A stretch of DNA of 32,000 bases, taken from contig NC_010628.1 of NCBI RefSeq assembly GCF_000020025.1, positions 5,190,001 through 5,222,000 on the forward strand, given 5' to 3'. This DNA comes from Nostoc punctiforme PCC 73102. Lineage in GTDB: Bacteria > Cyanobacteriota > Cyanobacteriia > Cyanobacteriales > Nostocaceae. The notes below the pieces were generated by a model. It was not told the origin of the DNA. It saw only the letters and a list, made by a program, of their open reading frames with translations, and ran no database searches. Positions 10,085-18,014 of this stretch are shown one piece after another. Both the position numbers and the translations under genes were made by a program. Each line of letters opens with the position of its first letter. Positions within the stretch are counted from its first letter, which is position 1.

Positions 10085-10729
10085 ATGAGTCAAAAACAGA
10101 GGCATCACCTACTCAAAGGCATTTCTTGGAAGAGTCAAGGAACAATAAAGTATTTATTATTCCTGAGTTTCTTAGTTATATCAGTCACTAATCCTTACCC
10201 TGCATCTGCTCATAAAGTGGAAGTTGCTGGAGATGTTGGTGGCACACTCCACATTGAGCCAAATGATAATCCTCGGGCTGGAGAACCCTCCCAAGTCTGG
10301 TTTGCGGTTACTCGCAGAGGCGGAAAGGTGATTCCCTTGGCACAGTGTAATTGTCGGTTGGCTGTTTATGCTGAACCTTATGCAACCGGAGAGCCTGCAC
10401 TGCTAGAACCACGCTTAGAAGCTGTAGCAGCCGAACGTTATCAAGGTATTCCAGGTACAGAAATTATCTTTCCCAAACCAGGTATTTATGAGTTGCAACT
10501 AAATGGTAAACCAGTCTCTGGGGAAAGATTCAAACCTTTTAAGTTCAAATTTGAAGTTACTGTAGCAGGCGGTTCTACACAAAATACACAAATTCAGCGA
10601 GATGTCAATGGTGATTTAGTAGAGGGTGAATCTCAGAAATTACCAATTTGGGCGATCGCACTGTCAATCTTCGGATTTATCGGCATCTTAGTTGTCGTAT
10701 TGCGAAACATGAGAGGAGGTGGGGAGTAG
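10085..10729 (+). CDS. Secreted, C-terminally membrane-anchored beta-rich protein; putative metal-binding partner. An alternative ATG at 10031 overlaps the upstream gene by 26 nt.
   Basis: Signal peptide ending PASA|HKVEV. Contains a CNC motif. C-terminal TM helix LPIWAIALSIFGFIGILVVVL. Same strand as the fusion protein and abutting it. Confidence 0.65.
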   Translation: MSQKQRHHLLKGISWKSQGTIKYLLFLSFLVISVTNPYPASAHKVEVAGDVGGTLHIEPNDNPRAGEPSQVWFAVTRRGGKVIPLAQCNCRLAVYAEPYATGEPALLEPRLEAVAAERYQGIPGTEIIFPKPGIYELQLNGKPVSGERFKPFKFKFEVTVAGGSTQNTQIQRDVNGDLVEGESQKLPIWAIALSIFGFIGILVVVLRNMRGGGE

Positions 10730-10736
10730 GGAAGAA

Positions 10737-10780
10737 GCAGAGGGGCAGGGGGCAGGAGGCAGGAGGCAGGAGGCAGGAGG
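10737..10780. repeat. Tandem heptamer array (GGCAGGA-type, ~6 units)
   Basis: gcagaggggcagggggcaggaggcaggaggcaggaggcaggagg, read directly, between convergent genes. Confidence 0.85.
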
Positions 10781-10816
10781 ACAAGGTGGCTTGAGTGAGA
10801 ACTTACAACAAGTCTT

Positions 10817-10838
10817 TCCCCATTCCCCATTCCCCTTT
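10817..10838. repeat. Tandem heptamer array (CCCCATT x2-3)
   Basis: ccccattccccattcccctttt, read directly, immediately 3' of galE. Confidence 0.8.
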
Positions 10839-10840
10839 TC

Positions 10841-11839
10841 CTACTTATGTCGCTTTTGATGCCACTGCCACGCATGAGCGACAATATCTTCGATGGATGG
10901 ATACTGAGGTTGCCAGCCTAAGATTGTTCTGGCTTTCTCGCTAGTGCCAATGAGAATTGGGGGATCTCCGGGACGGCGATCGTGTTCTTCTACTGGTATC
11001 GAAGTTCCTGTCACTTGTTCGGCGGCGGCAATTACTTCTCTGACGGAGAAGCCGCTACCATTGCCCAAATTAAAAACTTCGCTATCGCCACCTTTTAATA
11101 AATATTCCAATCCCAAAATATGGGCATCTGCTAAGTCGTTAACATGAATATAATCACGAATACAAGTACCATCGGGCGTGGGGTAATCGGTGCCGAAAAT
11201 TGAGATGGATTTTCGTTTGCCTAAAGCTGTCATTAGCACTAAGGGAATCAAATGGGTTTCTGGGTTGTGATCCTCGCCGAGTAAGCCATTGGGATTAGCA
11301 CCAGCAGCATTAAAATAGCGGAAACGCACTGATTGAAAACCATAAGCAACATCAAAATCAGAAAGAATCCGCTCTACCATCAGCTTTGTAGCGCCATAAG
11401 GATTAATCGGGTTTTGGGGATGGTTTTCTGGAATCGGTACAAATTCTGGCACGCCGTAGGTAGCACAGGTAGAAGAAAAGACAAATTTCTTTACAGATGC
11501 TGTCAGCATCGCTTCTAACAGGGTCAAAGTACCAACAACGTTATTGCGGTAGTATTTAGCCGGGTCAGTTACTGATTCTCCTACGTAGGCGTAGGCAGAA
11601 AAGTGCATCACAGCAGCAATATCGCGGGTTTTAAATAGGTGATCTAGCAAGGCGCGATCGCCTGTATCCCCTACTACCAGTTCTACCTGTAAAATCTTTT
11701 CTACCAGGTCACGATGCCCATAGACCAGATTATCAAGGATGACAACGTTATAACCCGCTTGCTTCAAAGCTAGCACCGTATGAGAACCAATGTATCCAGC
11801 TCCCCCCGTAACCAAAATGGTAGGCTTTCCAGACGACAT
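10841..11839 (-). CDS. galE: UDP-glucose 4-epimerase
   Basis: ILVTGGAGYIGSH Rossmann motif, catalytic PYGATK (YxxxK), and full-length similarity to GalE as I remember it. Confidence 0.9.
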   Translation of the reverse strand: MSSGKPTILVTGGAGYIGSHTVLALKQAGYNVVILDNLVYGHRDLVEKILQVELVVGDTGDRALLDHLFKTRDIAAVMHFSAYAYVGESVTDPAKYYRNNVVGTLTLLEAMLTASVKKFVFSSTCATYGVPEFVPIPENHPQNPINPYGATKLMVERILSDFDVAYGFQSVRFRYFNAAGANPNGLLGEDHNPETHLIPLVLMTALGKRKSISIFGTDYPTPDGTCIRDYIHVNDLADAHILGLEYLLKGGDSEVFNLGNGSGFSVREVIAAAEQVTGTSIPVEEHDRRPGDPPILIGTSEKARTILGWQPQYPSIEDIVAHAWQWHQKRHK

Positions 11840-12219
11840 AGTTTTTCCTTTTAAGTGGATTACTCAATTAATTTAGTTTACCGGTGCCACATTACTCTTC
11901 TGGAAAATTATAAATAATAGACGCAGTGTTAAAAATTTGAACTAAAATCACTACGACGGTAGTCTTTGGGTGTGAGGTTTGAAGTATTTTAAGTCAAACA
12001 GTACGATTACAATTTGACAATAAAATAAATCCATTTCCCGAAACCTCTAGGTTGACCCTTATGGGTGACGCTTCTAGCGTCGCGGCTAAGAAGTCACTAG
12101 TTGTTTTATACAGGGAAACCATGCAGGACAGTTCCTCCTGGGGCATGAAAACCCCTAGTCAAGTGGACTGTCTTACCACCACACTGGCTCACCGCACCAG
12201 AAAATTTGAGAGTTAATCT

Positions 12220-12873
12220 ATGTTTCTATTGCTAAGCCGGGTACTGTTGTGGCTGCTGATTGGCACTATCGTATATTCTTTGTTCCAGCGATTTTATCCC
12301 TCTGGAACTTTTGTAGGGCGATTAATCTTAGTCGTTATCTTGGTAATCGTAGCCCTTTCATTCCTTAACCCCAGTGAACCAGCTGTGGCATCTTTGTGGA
12401 GAATGCTATCTTTTCCACTCAAGCCTCTGGGGGCCTCTGTTTTACTGATGATTTTGGCTGCTCAAAAAATTAAAGGAGGTGGAATAGAAAAACCAGGAGG
12501 ATACTTGATAGGTTGGGCACTGACGATTTTGCTCTTGGCAAGTACACCAGCAGTCGCCTATTTCCTTTATCGCGCACCTCTAGCAATGACAGGTGACACA
12601 TCTGTAGCATCTGCTGCACCAACATCTGGGACACTGGTGGCATTAGGGCAACCAAACACCACAGCAAATATCTCAGATGTAAAGGGAGATAGCATTATTT
12701 CTTATAATCTAAGAGTGCCTCCCTACCTATTACAAGGAAATCCTCAAGATATTCGCACACGCGGTTTACGACTTGAAGACTTTGTACCAAATTCGGAAAC
12801 GTTGCAATTGACAACAAGAACTTGGGAAAGTTATCTCGTTGAAATTTACAGGTTCTTGCGTGTTCAAAGGTAA
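12220..12873 (+). CDS. Hypothetical integral membrane protein (about 4 TM helices plus a soluble tail)
   Basis: ATG ORF with several hydrophobic helices. No recognised domain. Confidence 0.55.
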   Translation: MFLLLSRVLLWLLIGTIVYSLFQRFYPSGTFVGRLILVVILVIVALSFLNPSEPAVASLWRMLSFPLKPLGASVLLMILAAQKIKGGGIEKPGGYLIGWALTILLLASTPAVAYFLYRAPLAMTGDTSVASAAPTSGTLVALGQPNTTANISDVKGDSIISYNLRVPPYLLQGNPQDIRTRGLRLEDFVPNSETLQLTTRTWESYLVEIYRFLRVQR

Positions 12874-12887
12874 TAAAGTGAGAGAGA

Positions 12888-13170
12888 AGTCAGAATTCAG
12901 AATAGAGAATTCAGAATGCAAGAGGCTCGATAAGGTAGCGTTCGCGCAGCGTCTCGTAGAGAGGAACGACGCTATTTAGTGGGGGATTTAACCCGCCACT
13001 AATAGCGTAAAGCCTGCGGCATAGCAAATCTTAAAGATGCTACGCCTAGCTTGTTAGAGCAAGTTTTCGTACTCTTAGGTCGAAGCAAGCTATGCGTAGC
13101 GTTTCGTAGAGAGCGTCTTGCAGACCACCAAATTCAAAATTTGCTGGGGGACTCTGACTCCTGAATTCTT
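12888..13170. repeat. Composite cluster of dispersed cyanobacterial repeats, flanked by GAATTCAG/CTGAATTC inverted ends (MITE-like)
   Basis: Left end: gaattcagaat twice (12893-12903 and 12907-12917). Right end: ctgaattct (13162-13170). Internal direct repeat gcgtctcgtagagag (12949-12963) and gcgtttcgtagagag (13097-13111). gcctgcggc is shared with 5531-5539. Confidence 0.5.
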
Positions 13171-13261
13171 TCTTGTTAATTTACAAGGGATATTCTCTCT
13201 ACATAGCTGCCTGCTTGGACTAGCAGTTAATCTAGGATGATAAAGTTGCAAAATTGCTTTA

Positions 13262-15013
13262 ATGGCAAAATCTCGACGAATCGCTAAACTCAGTGCTTAT
13301 CTACGACCCCATTGGCGGGAAGCGTCATTAGGCATTCTCGCTTTGTTGTCTGTCAATGCACTGGGCGTTTATATCCCTTGGTTGATTCGTGCTGGTGTTG
13401 ATAAACTCTCAACAACCTTCAACTGGAACGAAATACTACATTATGTAGTAATCATTGTCTTGCTCAGTTCGGCGATGTGGCTAATGCGGATGGCATCACG
13501 CATTTGGCTATTTGGGGTAGGTCGTCAGGTGGAATTTGACCTGAAACAACGGATTTTTGAACACTTACTCAAGCTGGAGCCGGCTTATTTTGCCAGTAAT
13601 ACTGCTGGCGATTTGATTAATCGGGCTACCAGTGATGTGGACAATATCAAACGGTTATTGGGTTTTGCCGTTTTGAGTTTGGCAAATACGGTGTTTGCCT
13701 ACGCCCTGACACTGCCAGTAATGCTAGCGATTAGTGTGGATCTGACGCTAGCATCTCTGGCAGTTTACCCTTTTATGCTCTTGTTGGTGAGTCTGTTTAG
13801 CGATCGCTTACGCAAACAACAAGCAGCAGTCCAAGAGCAACTCTCTGAAATCAGCGAACTCATCCAGGAGGATATTAGTGGTATTGCCTTAATTAAAATC
13901 TATGCCCAAGAAGCAAACGAGCGTCGAGCCTTCTCCAAGAAAAATCAGCAGCTATTGACTGCTAACCTGGAATTGGCAAAACTCCGAAATACACTTTTTC
14001 CGCTAATTGGTGGACTAGCTAATATCAGTTCGTTGGTAATTATCTGGCTAGGGACAGCGCGGATGTCTTCTGGAGCGCTTCAGGTTGGCGATTTTTTAGC
14101 ACTGTTAATTTATGTAGAGCGTCTAGTTTTCCCCACAGCCCTTTTAGGATTCACAATTACTGCGTACCAACGGGGTGAAGTTAGTATAGATCGCCTTGAA
14201 TCTATTCTCTCTGTCACACCGAAAATTCAAGATGCAGCCGATGCCATACATCTACCAGCAGCTGAACTTAAAGGGGAAGTGACAGCGAAAAATCTCAGCT
14301 ACAGTTACCCTGGTTCTACTACTCCAGCTTTAGAAAACGTTAACTTTACTATTGCTCCTGGAGAAACCGTGGCCATTGTTGGGGCAATTGGTTCGGGAAA
14401 ATCCACTTTGGCGAATGCTTTACCGCGCTTGTTGGATATTGAATCAGGACAATTGTTTTTAGATGGGCTGGATATTACTAAAATAGCTTTGGCAGATTTA
14501 CGAGGTGCGATCGCTTACGTTCCTCAAGATAGTTTTCTATTTAGCACTACAATCAAAAATAATATCCGCTATGGCGATCCAATTAGCGAACAAGAGCAGA
14601 TAGAATCTGTTGCTAAACTTGCCAAAATTGAATCAGAAATTAAAAGTTTTCCTCAGCAATATGAAACTCTTGTTGGTGAACGCGGTATTACTCTTTCTGG
14701 TGGTCAACGACAACGTACTGCCTTAGCTAGAGCTATGCTGGTCAATGCGCCAGTGTTAATTTTGGATGATGCTCTCTCTAGTGTGGATAATCAAACAGCC
14801 ACGCAAATCCTCAAAAATCTCTCCAGTGGTACTGAACGCAAAACAGTAATTTTCATTACCCATCAATTATCTGCGGCGGCTGCGGCTGACAGAATTTTTG
14901 TGATGGAAAAGGGAAAAATTGTTCAAATAGGCAATCACTTAGAACTATTGCAACAACAGGGTTTATACAGAACTTTGTGGAGCCAGCATCAAGTTGAGGA
15001 ATTACTGCATTAA
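13262..15013 (+). CDS. ABC exporter, fused permease/ATPase (MsbA/MdlB-type half transporter)
   Basis: N-terminal 6-TM exporter domain. Walker A GAIGSGKST, signature LSGGQRQR, Walker B LILDDALS. Confidence 0.9.
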   Translation: MAKSRRIAKLSAYLRPHWREASLGILALLSVNALGVYIPWLIRAGVDKLSTTFNWNEILHYVVIIVLLSSAMWLMRMASRIWLFGVGRQVEFDLKQRIFEHLLKLEPAYFASNTAGDLINRATSDVDNIKRLLGFAVLSLANTVFAYALTLPVMLAISVDLTLASLAVYPFMLLLVSLFSDRLRKQQAAVQEQLSEISELIQEDISGIALIKIYAQEANERRAFSKKNQQLLTANLELAKLRNTLFPLIGGLANISSLVIIWLGTARMSSGALQVGDFLALLIYVERLVFPTALLGFTITAYQRGEVSIDRLESILSVTPKIQDAADAIHLPAAELKGEVTAKNLSYSYPGSTTPALENVNFTIAPGETVAIVGAIGSGKSTLANALPRLLDIESGQLFLDGLDITKIALADLRGAIAYVPQDSFLFSTTIKNNIRYGDPISEQEQIESVAKLAKIESEIKSFPQQYETLVGERGITLSGGQRQRTALARAMLVNAPVLILDDALSSVDNQTATQILKNLSSGTERKTVIFITHQLSAAAAADRIFVMEKGKIVQIGNHLELLQQQGLYRTLWSQHQVEELLH

Positions 15014-15045
15014 AGTTTTGACCGAAAAGCATATTTTATCGTTTG

Positions 15046-15071
15046 TTGGGTAGCACAGTTGTGCTACCCAA
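15046..15071. terminator. Hairpin shared by convergent genes (ttgggtagcac / gtgctacccaa, 4-nt loop); probable bidirectional terminator
   Basis: Perfect 11-bp stem read directly. T-rich/A-rich flanks (cgtttg...aaatcttt). Confidence 0.6.
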
Positions 15072-15075
15072 ATCT

Positions 15076-16899
15076 TTAGGGATTACAGTATGCCCGTTCA
15101 GCTAATGTGACATCTAGCACGAATGGATTGTCATTACCTTGAAATTTGGCGATCGCGTGACTGCGTTCGATTTCAGTAAGATCGGGTGGGTCTTGCTGAT
15201 TCCATTTACACAAAGTCTGACGCTGATTCTGAAAGTAATTTCGGTCTACCTTCTCAGCTTGATTTTGATAAATAGTGTAAAAGTAGAAAATTGCCCTAGC
15301 TATATCCCCTTTTACTTTTTCTCTAGGCTCAAATTTAGCAGATGATGATTCGCTAAACTCGTCAATTGCTCTAGTAGGAATTGTAGATTGAACAGTATCA
15401 TTTCGATACCATTTTTTAGTACTTGTGTCGGCTATATCATCGAAGGGTTTATTTCCTCGCTCAGTATTAATATCTTCTCGTGCAGGAAATAAATGGTGAA
15501 GGTCGCTTCGGGCATTACCGTTGTCAGCCCCTTTACTTTGCGGCCAAACGTGTTCGGTATTAAGTCCTAACTTATCAGCTTCCTGACTAGGATCGCCATT
15601 ACCATTTAGACGAATTTGGTAACTGGCATAGATATCTGTCACAATACCTGCTTGATTGTCAATAACGCCAAACATTTCGTCTCTTGCGCGATCGTAGTTC
15701 AAGGTTTTGCTAGGCGTATACTCCTTAGCAAGTTCTTTAACTAGAGCGACTTTGGATAATTGAGGCAATATAATTGCCGAATCACTTACGGGAGTGGGAG
15801 TAGGTTGAACAACAGGAGGAATAGTGTCAGAGGTAGACTGGTTAGCAGGTAATGTAAACGCTGCAATTACAGGATCGTGGTCGCTGACAGGTCTACTAAA
15901 GCCAACATTGACATGCACAATGTCAATTTTTGGTTGAGCAACACGAGAAAGATTTTCACTAACCAACAAATGGTCAATGAGTTGAGGATTTCCCTTGAAT
16001 TTGAAAGTAAAGCGATCGCTAGCAGGTAAACTATCTGTCAGATTCTCAAGAATGTTACCCTTCAAAGTTTTTAGAGGTAGAGAATCTGGTAAATCGTTTA
16101 AGTCACCCAGTACAATTACTTTGGCTTGCGGATCAACTTCTAGTATTTGCCCTACGAATTCATTAACAATTTCGGCTTGCTTGACTCGTTGAACATCGCT
16201 AGGAGAACCTCCCAGCTTAGAAACAAAGTGATTAGCAATGATAAACAGCTTTTGGTCGTTAAATATAAATTCTGCTGCAAGTGGCTTACGGCTTTCCTCG
16301 AAAGCACTATTGGTAGGATCAATCCGACCTGGGTTGAGTGAGAGGTCAAGGTCATTTGCACCTTGAGTAATAGCCACAGCATCTAACGAACCGCCCTTTT
16401 TGGGCAGTTTTGCTAGAGTTACCCGACTGGGCCGAAATAATAAACCGACACGGATATTACCTCCAGGTTCTCCACCATCTCGATCGTCACTGGGTGCAAT
16501 ATCCACAAAATCGTATGCTGGACTACCGATATTTTCGAGCGCAGCAATCAGTTTTTGGTAAGTCTCGTTTGCATTCACAACATCATCATTGATTGATCCG
16601 TTGTTATCCTGAACTTCAACCAAACTGATGATATCTGGAGCGTTCAAATTATTTTGAATAATTTTGGCAATATCATCAAAACGTCGATCTTTTGGGTCTA
16701 AGTTCTCAACATTAAAAGTTGCAACAGTCAATACATCCTGGGAATTTTTTAGAGATGTTGTTTCCCGTTGGGCAACTGGAATTAAAGGAGTTGGCAATTG
16801 TGCTATTGGACTAGCGTGCAGTGGACTAATCCATACAAAGAAGATGAGAACAGTACTAAATAGTAACAACAATTTGATGAGTTTCATTCTCTCTTCCAA
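15076..16899 (-). CDS. Secreted bifunctional-looking nuclease: an N-terminal endonuclease/exonuclease/phosphatase (EEP) domain and a C-terminal endonuclease I domain, joined by a Pro/Thr-rich linker
   Basis: Signal peptide MKLIKLLLLFSTVLIFFVWISPLHA. EEP motifs TFNVENL, SLVEVQ, ANHF, LGDLND and SDHDPV. Linker PPVVQPTPTPV. Endonuclease I motifs EHVWPQSKG and DLHHLFPAREDINTERGNKPF. Confidence 0.85.
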   Translation of the reverse strand: MEERMKLIKLLLLFSTVLIFFVWISPLHASPIAQLPTPLIPVAQRETTSLKNSQDVLTVATFNVENLDPKDRRFDDIAKIIQNNLNAPDIISLVEVQDNNGSINDDVVNANETYQKLIAALENIGSPAYDFVDIAPSDDRDGGEPGGNIRVGLLFRPSRVTLAKLPKKGGSLDAVAITQGANDLDLSLNPGRIDPTNSAFEESRKPLAAEFIFNDQKLFIIANHFVSKLGGSPSDVQRVKQAEIVNEFVGQILEVDPQAKVIVLGDLNDLPDSLPLKTLKGNILENLTDSLPASDRFTFKFKGNPQLIDHLLVSENLSRVAQPKIDIVHVNVGFSRPVSDHDPVIAAFTLPANQSTSDTIPPVVQPTPTPVSDSAIILPQLSKVALVKELAKEYTPSKTLNYDRARDEMFGVIDNQAGIVTDIYASYQIRLNGNGDPSQEADKLGLNTEHVWPQSKGADNGNARSDLHHLFPAREDINTERGNKPFDDIADTSTKKWYRNDTVQSTIPTRAIDEFSESSSAKFEPREKVKGDIARAIFYFYTIYQNQAEKVDRNYFQNQRQTLCKWNQQDPPDLTEIERSHAIAKFQGNDNPFVLDVTLAERAYCNP

Positions 16900-17062
16900 T
16901 GAAGATATTTTCTAGATTAGTCTTCTTTTGAATATAGTTCAATTAAGAGAAGTTTTAAATTGAGTAAAGGTGAGCATTCTACCTGAGAGAAAATACCAGG
17001 ACACAACGAAATTTTGATCTATTTTTCCACTACATTTGCGGTCTATTAGATACCGTGTTTAA

Positions 17063-17087
17063 TATCAAATATTGATAATTAATTATT
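17063..17087. promoter_or_regulatory. AT-rich palindrome TATCAA-ATA-TTGATA followed by TGATAATTAATTATT; a candidate Fur-family (Fur/Zur-like) box
   Basis: 6-3-6 perfect palindrome at 17063-17077. The overlapping tract resembles the GATAAT/ATTATC Fur-box half-sites. It lies ~190 bp upstream of the HupE-like gene. Confidence 0.25.
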
Positions 17088-17276
17088 GGTAGCGATGTCT
17101 GTGACGGGTTCTCTACAAGAGGCTATAGCAGCGCCTACGTAGACCGTTATACTTTTCAATCACCGTGGCTTTAGATAACTTCATGAAGCTAGTACAAGGT
17201 AGTGTAATTACCACGTTAGTTTTTTGGGATAGGTGGGTAGTATAAATTACCGAAAAAACTAATTTGGTATATAGTG

Positions 17277-17951
17277 ATGTTCAAAAGGAAATTATCAGAA
17301 TTCCGTGCTTCACAGGAATTTTACACCTCGAAGTTAATGGATCGCCATATTGGAGCGATCGCAGCTTTAATTTTAATTAGCTTACTGAGTTCATGGAGTG
17401 GAACACCAGATAGTCATACCATCACTACCTGGTGGGAAGGCTTTCTCTGGGGATTGGCAGATCCAGTAATTGGCTTAGATTGTTTAGTGGGGATTGTTGC
17501 TATTGGCTTACTGTCATCTATGTTTGTTCGTGGCGCTGCGATCGCTGGATATTTTGTCTTAGCAGCAATCTTGGGCATTGTAATTCATCTATTCCAGCTG
17601 AATTTCCCAGGCATAGAAATAGCGATTGCTATTTCTACCATCGTTTTTAGTACTATGCTGATGATGCCAAATCAACCAAACTTTGTGGTACTTGCTCTGA
17701 TGGGCATCAGTGCTGGTTTATTTCAGGGTTACACTGTTGCTGATTCTATTATTGGGGCAGAAATGATGCCACTAATTGCCTATATAGTAGGTATGACCTT
17801 GACTCTGTTTGTGGTTGCCATGAGTGCCAGAGAAATTGGTGGTGCAATGGGTATGGGAGAAATTAACCGAACTCTACCCTGGAAAATTAGCATTGCTGGC
17901 TTCGCTTTCTGTGCGATTGGCATCGTGTTTTTGAGGAATTCGATGAGCTAA
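17277..17951 (+). CDS. HupE/UreJ-family-like membrane protein (Ni/Co transporter family), divergent at the signature histidines. Alternative starts are GTG 17274 and ATG 17337.
   Basis: Six-TM layout. Signature-like segment WEGFLWGLADPVIGLDCLVGIVAIGL aligns with the family motif GFxxGxxHPxxGxDH, but has D for the first H and C for the second. Confidence 0.7.
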   Translation: MFKRKLSEFRASQEFYTSKLMDRHIGAIAALILISLLSSWSGTPDSHTITTWWEGFLWGLADPVIGLDCLVGIVAIGLLSSMFVRGAAIAGYFVLAAILGIVIHLFQLNFPGIEIAIAISTIVFSTMLMMPNQPNFVVLALMGISAGLFQGYTVADSIIGAEMMPLIAYIVGMTLTLFVVAMSAREIGGAMGMGEINRTLPWKISIAGFAFCAIGIVFLRNSMS

Positions 17952-17990
17952 ATCACATATTTCAATTCAGTGGAATACATTTATTTATGG

Positions 17991-18014
17991 GGGCGTACAC
18001 TTAGCTATGCGCCC
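17991..18014 (+). terminator. Possible intrinsic terminator of the HupE-like gene
   Basis: gggcgta / tatgccc-type 7-bp stem including one G-U pair (17991-17997 with 18008-18014), followed by ttattatgt. Confidence 0.4.

Noticed and set aside
10633-10884. 83-aa minus-strand ORF across the heptamer arrays
   Set aside because: Its open frame is created by the stop-free tandem repeats (a PPAPLLLP-type translation). It overlaps the ends of two real genes.
15139-16915. Plus- and minus-strand ORFs nested in the nuclease gene (15139..15345, 15995..16192, 16147..16341, 16152..16382, 16410..16592, 16664..16915)
   Set aside because: All overlap the 607-aa nuclease frame, which carries two complete catalytic motif sets. 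They are shadow ORFs.
16900-17276. Cobalamin or other riboswitch in front of the HupE-like gene
   Set aside because: I looked for a B12-box-like core and conserved riboswitch helices and found none. The region contains only a dispersed-repeat module (17091-17145) and the AT-rich palindrome.
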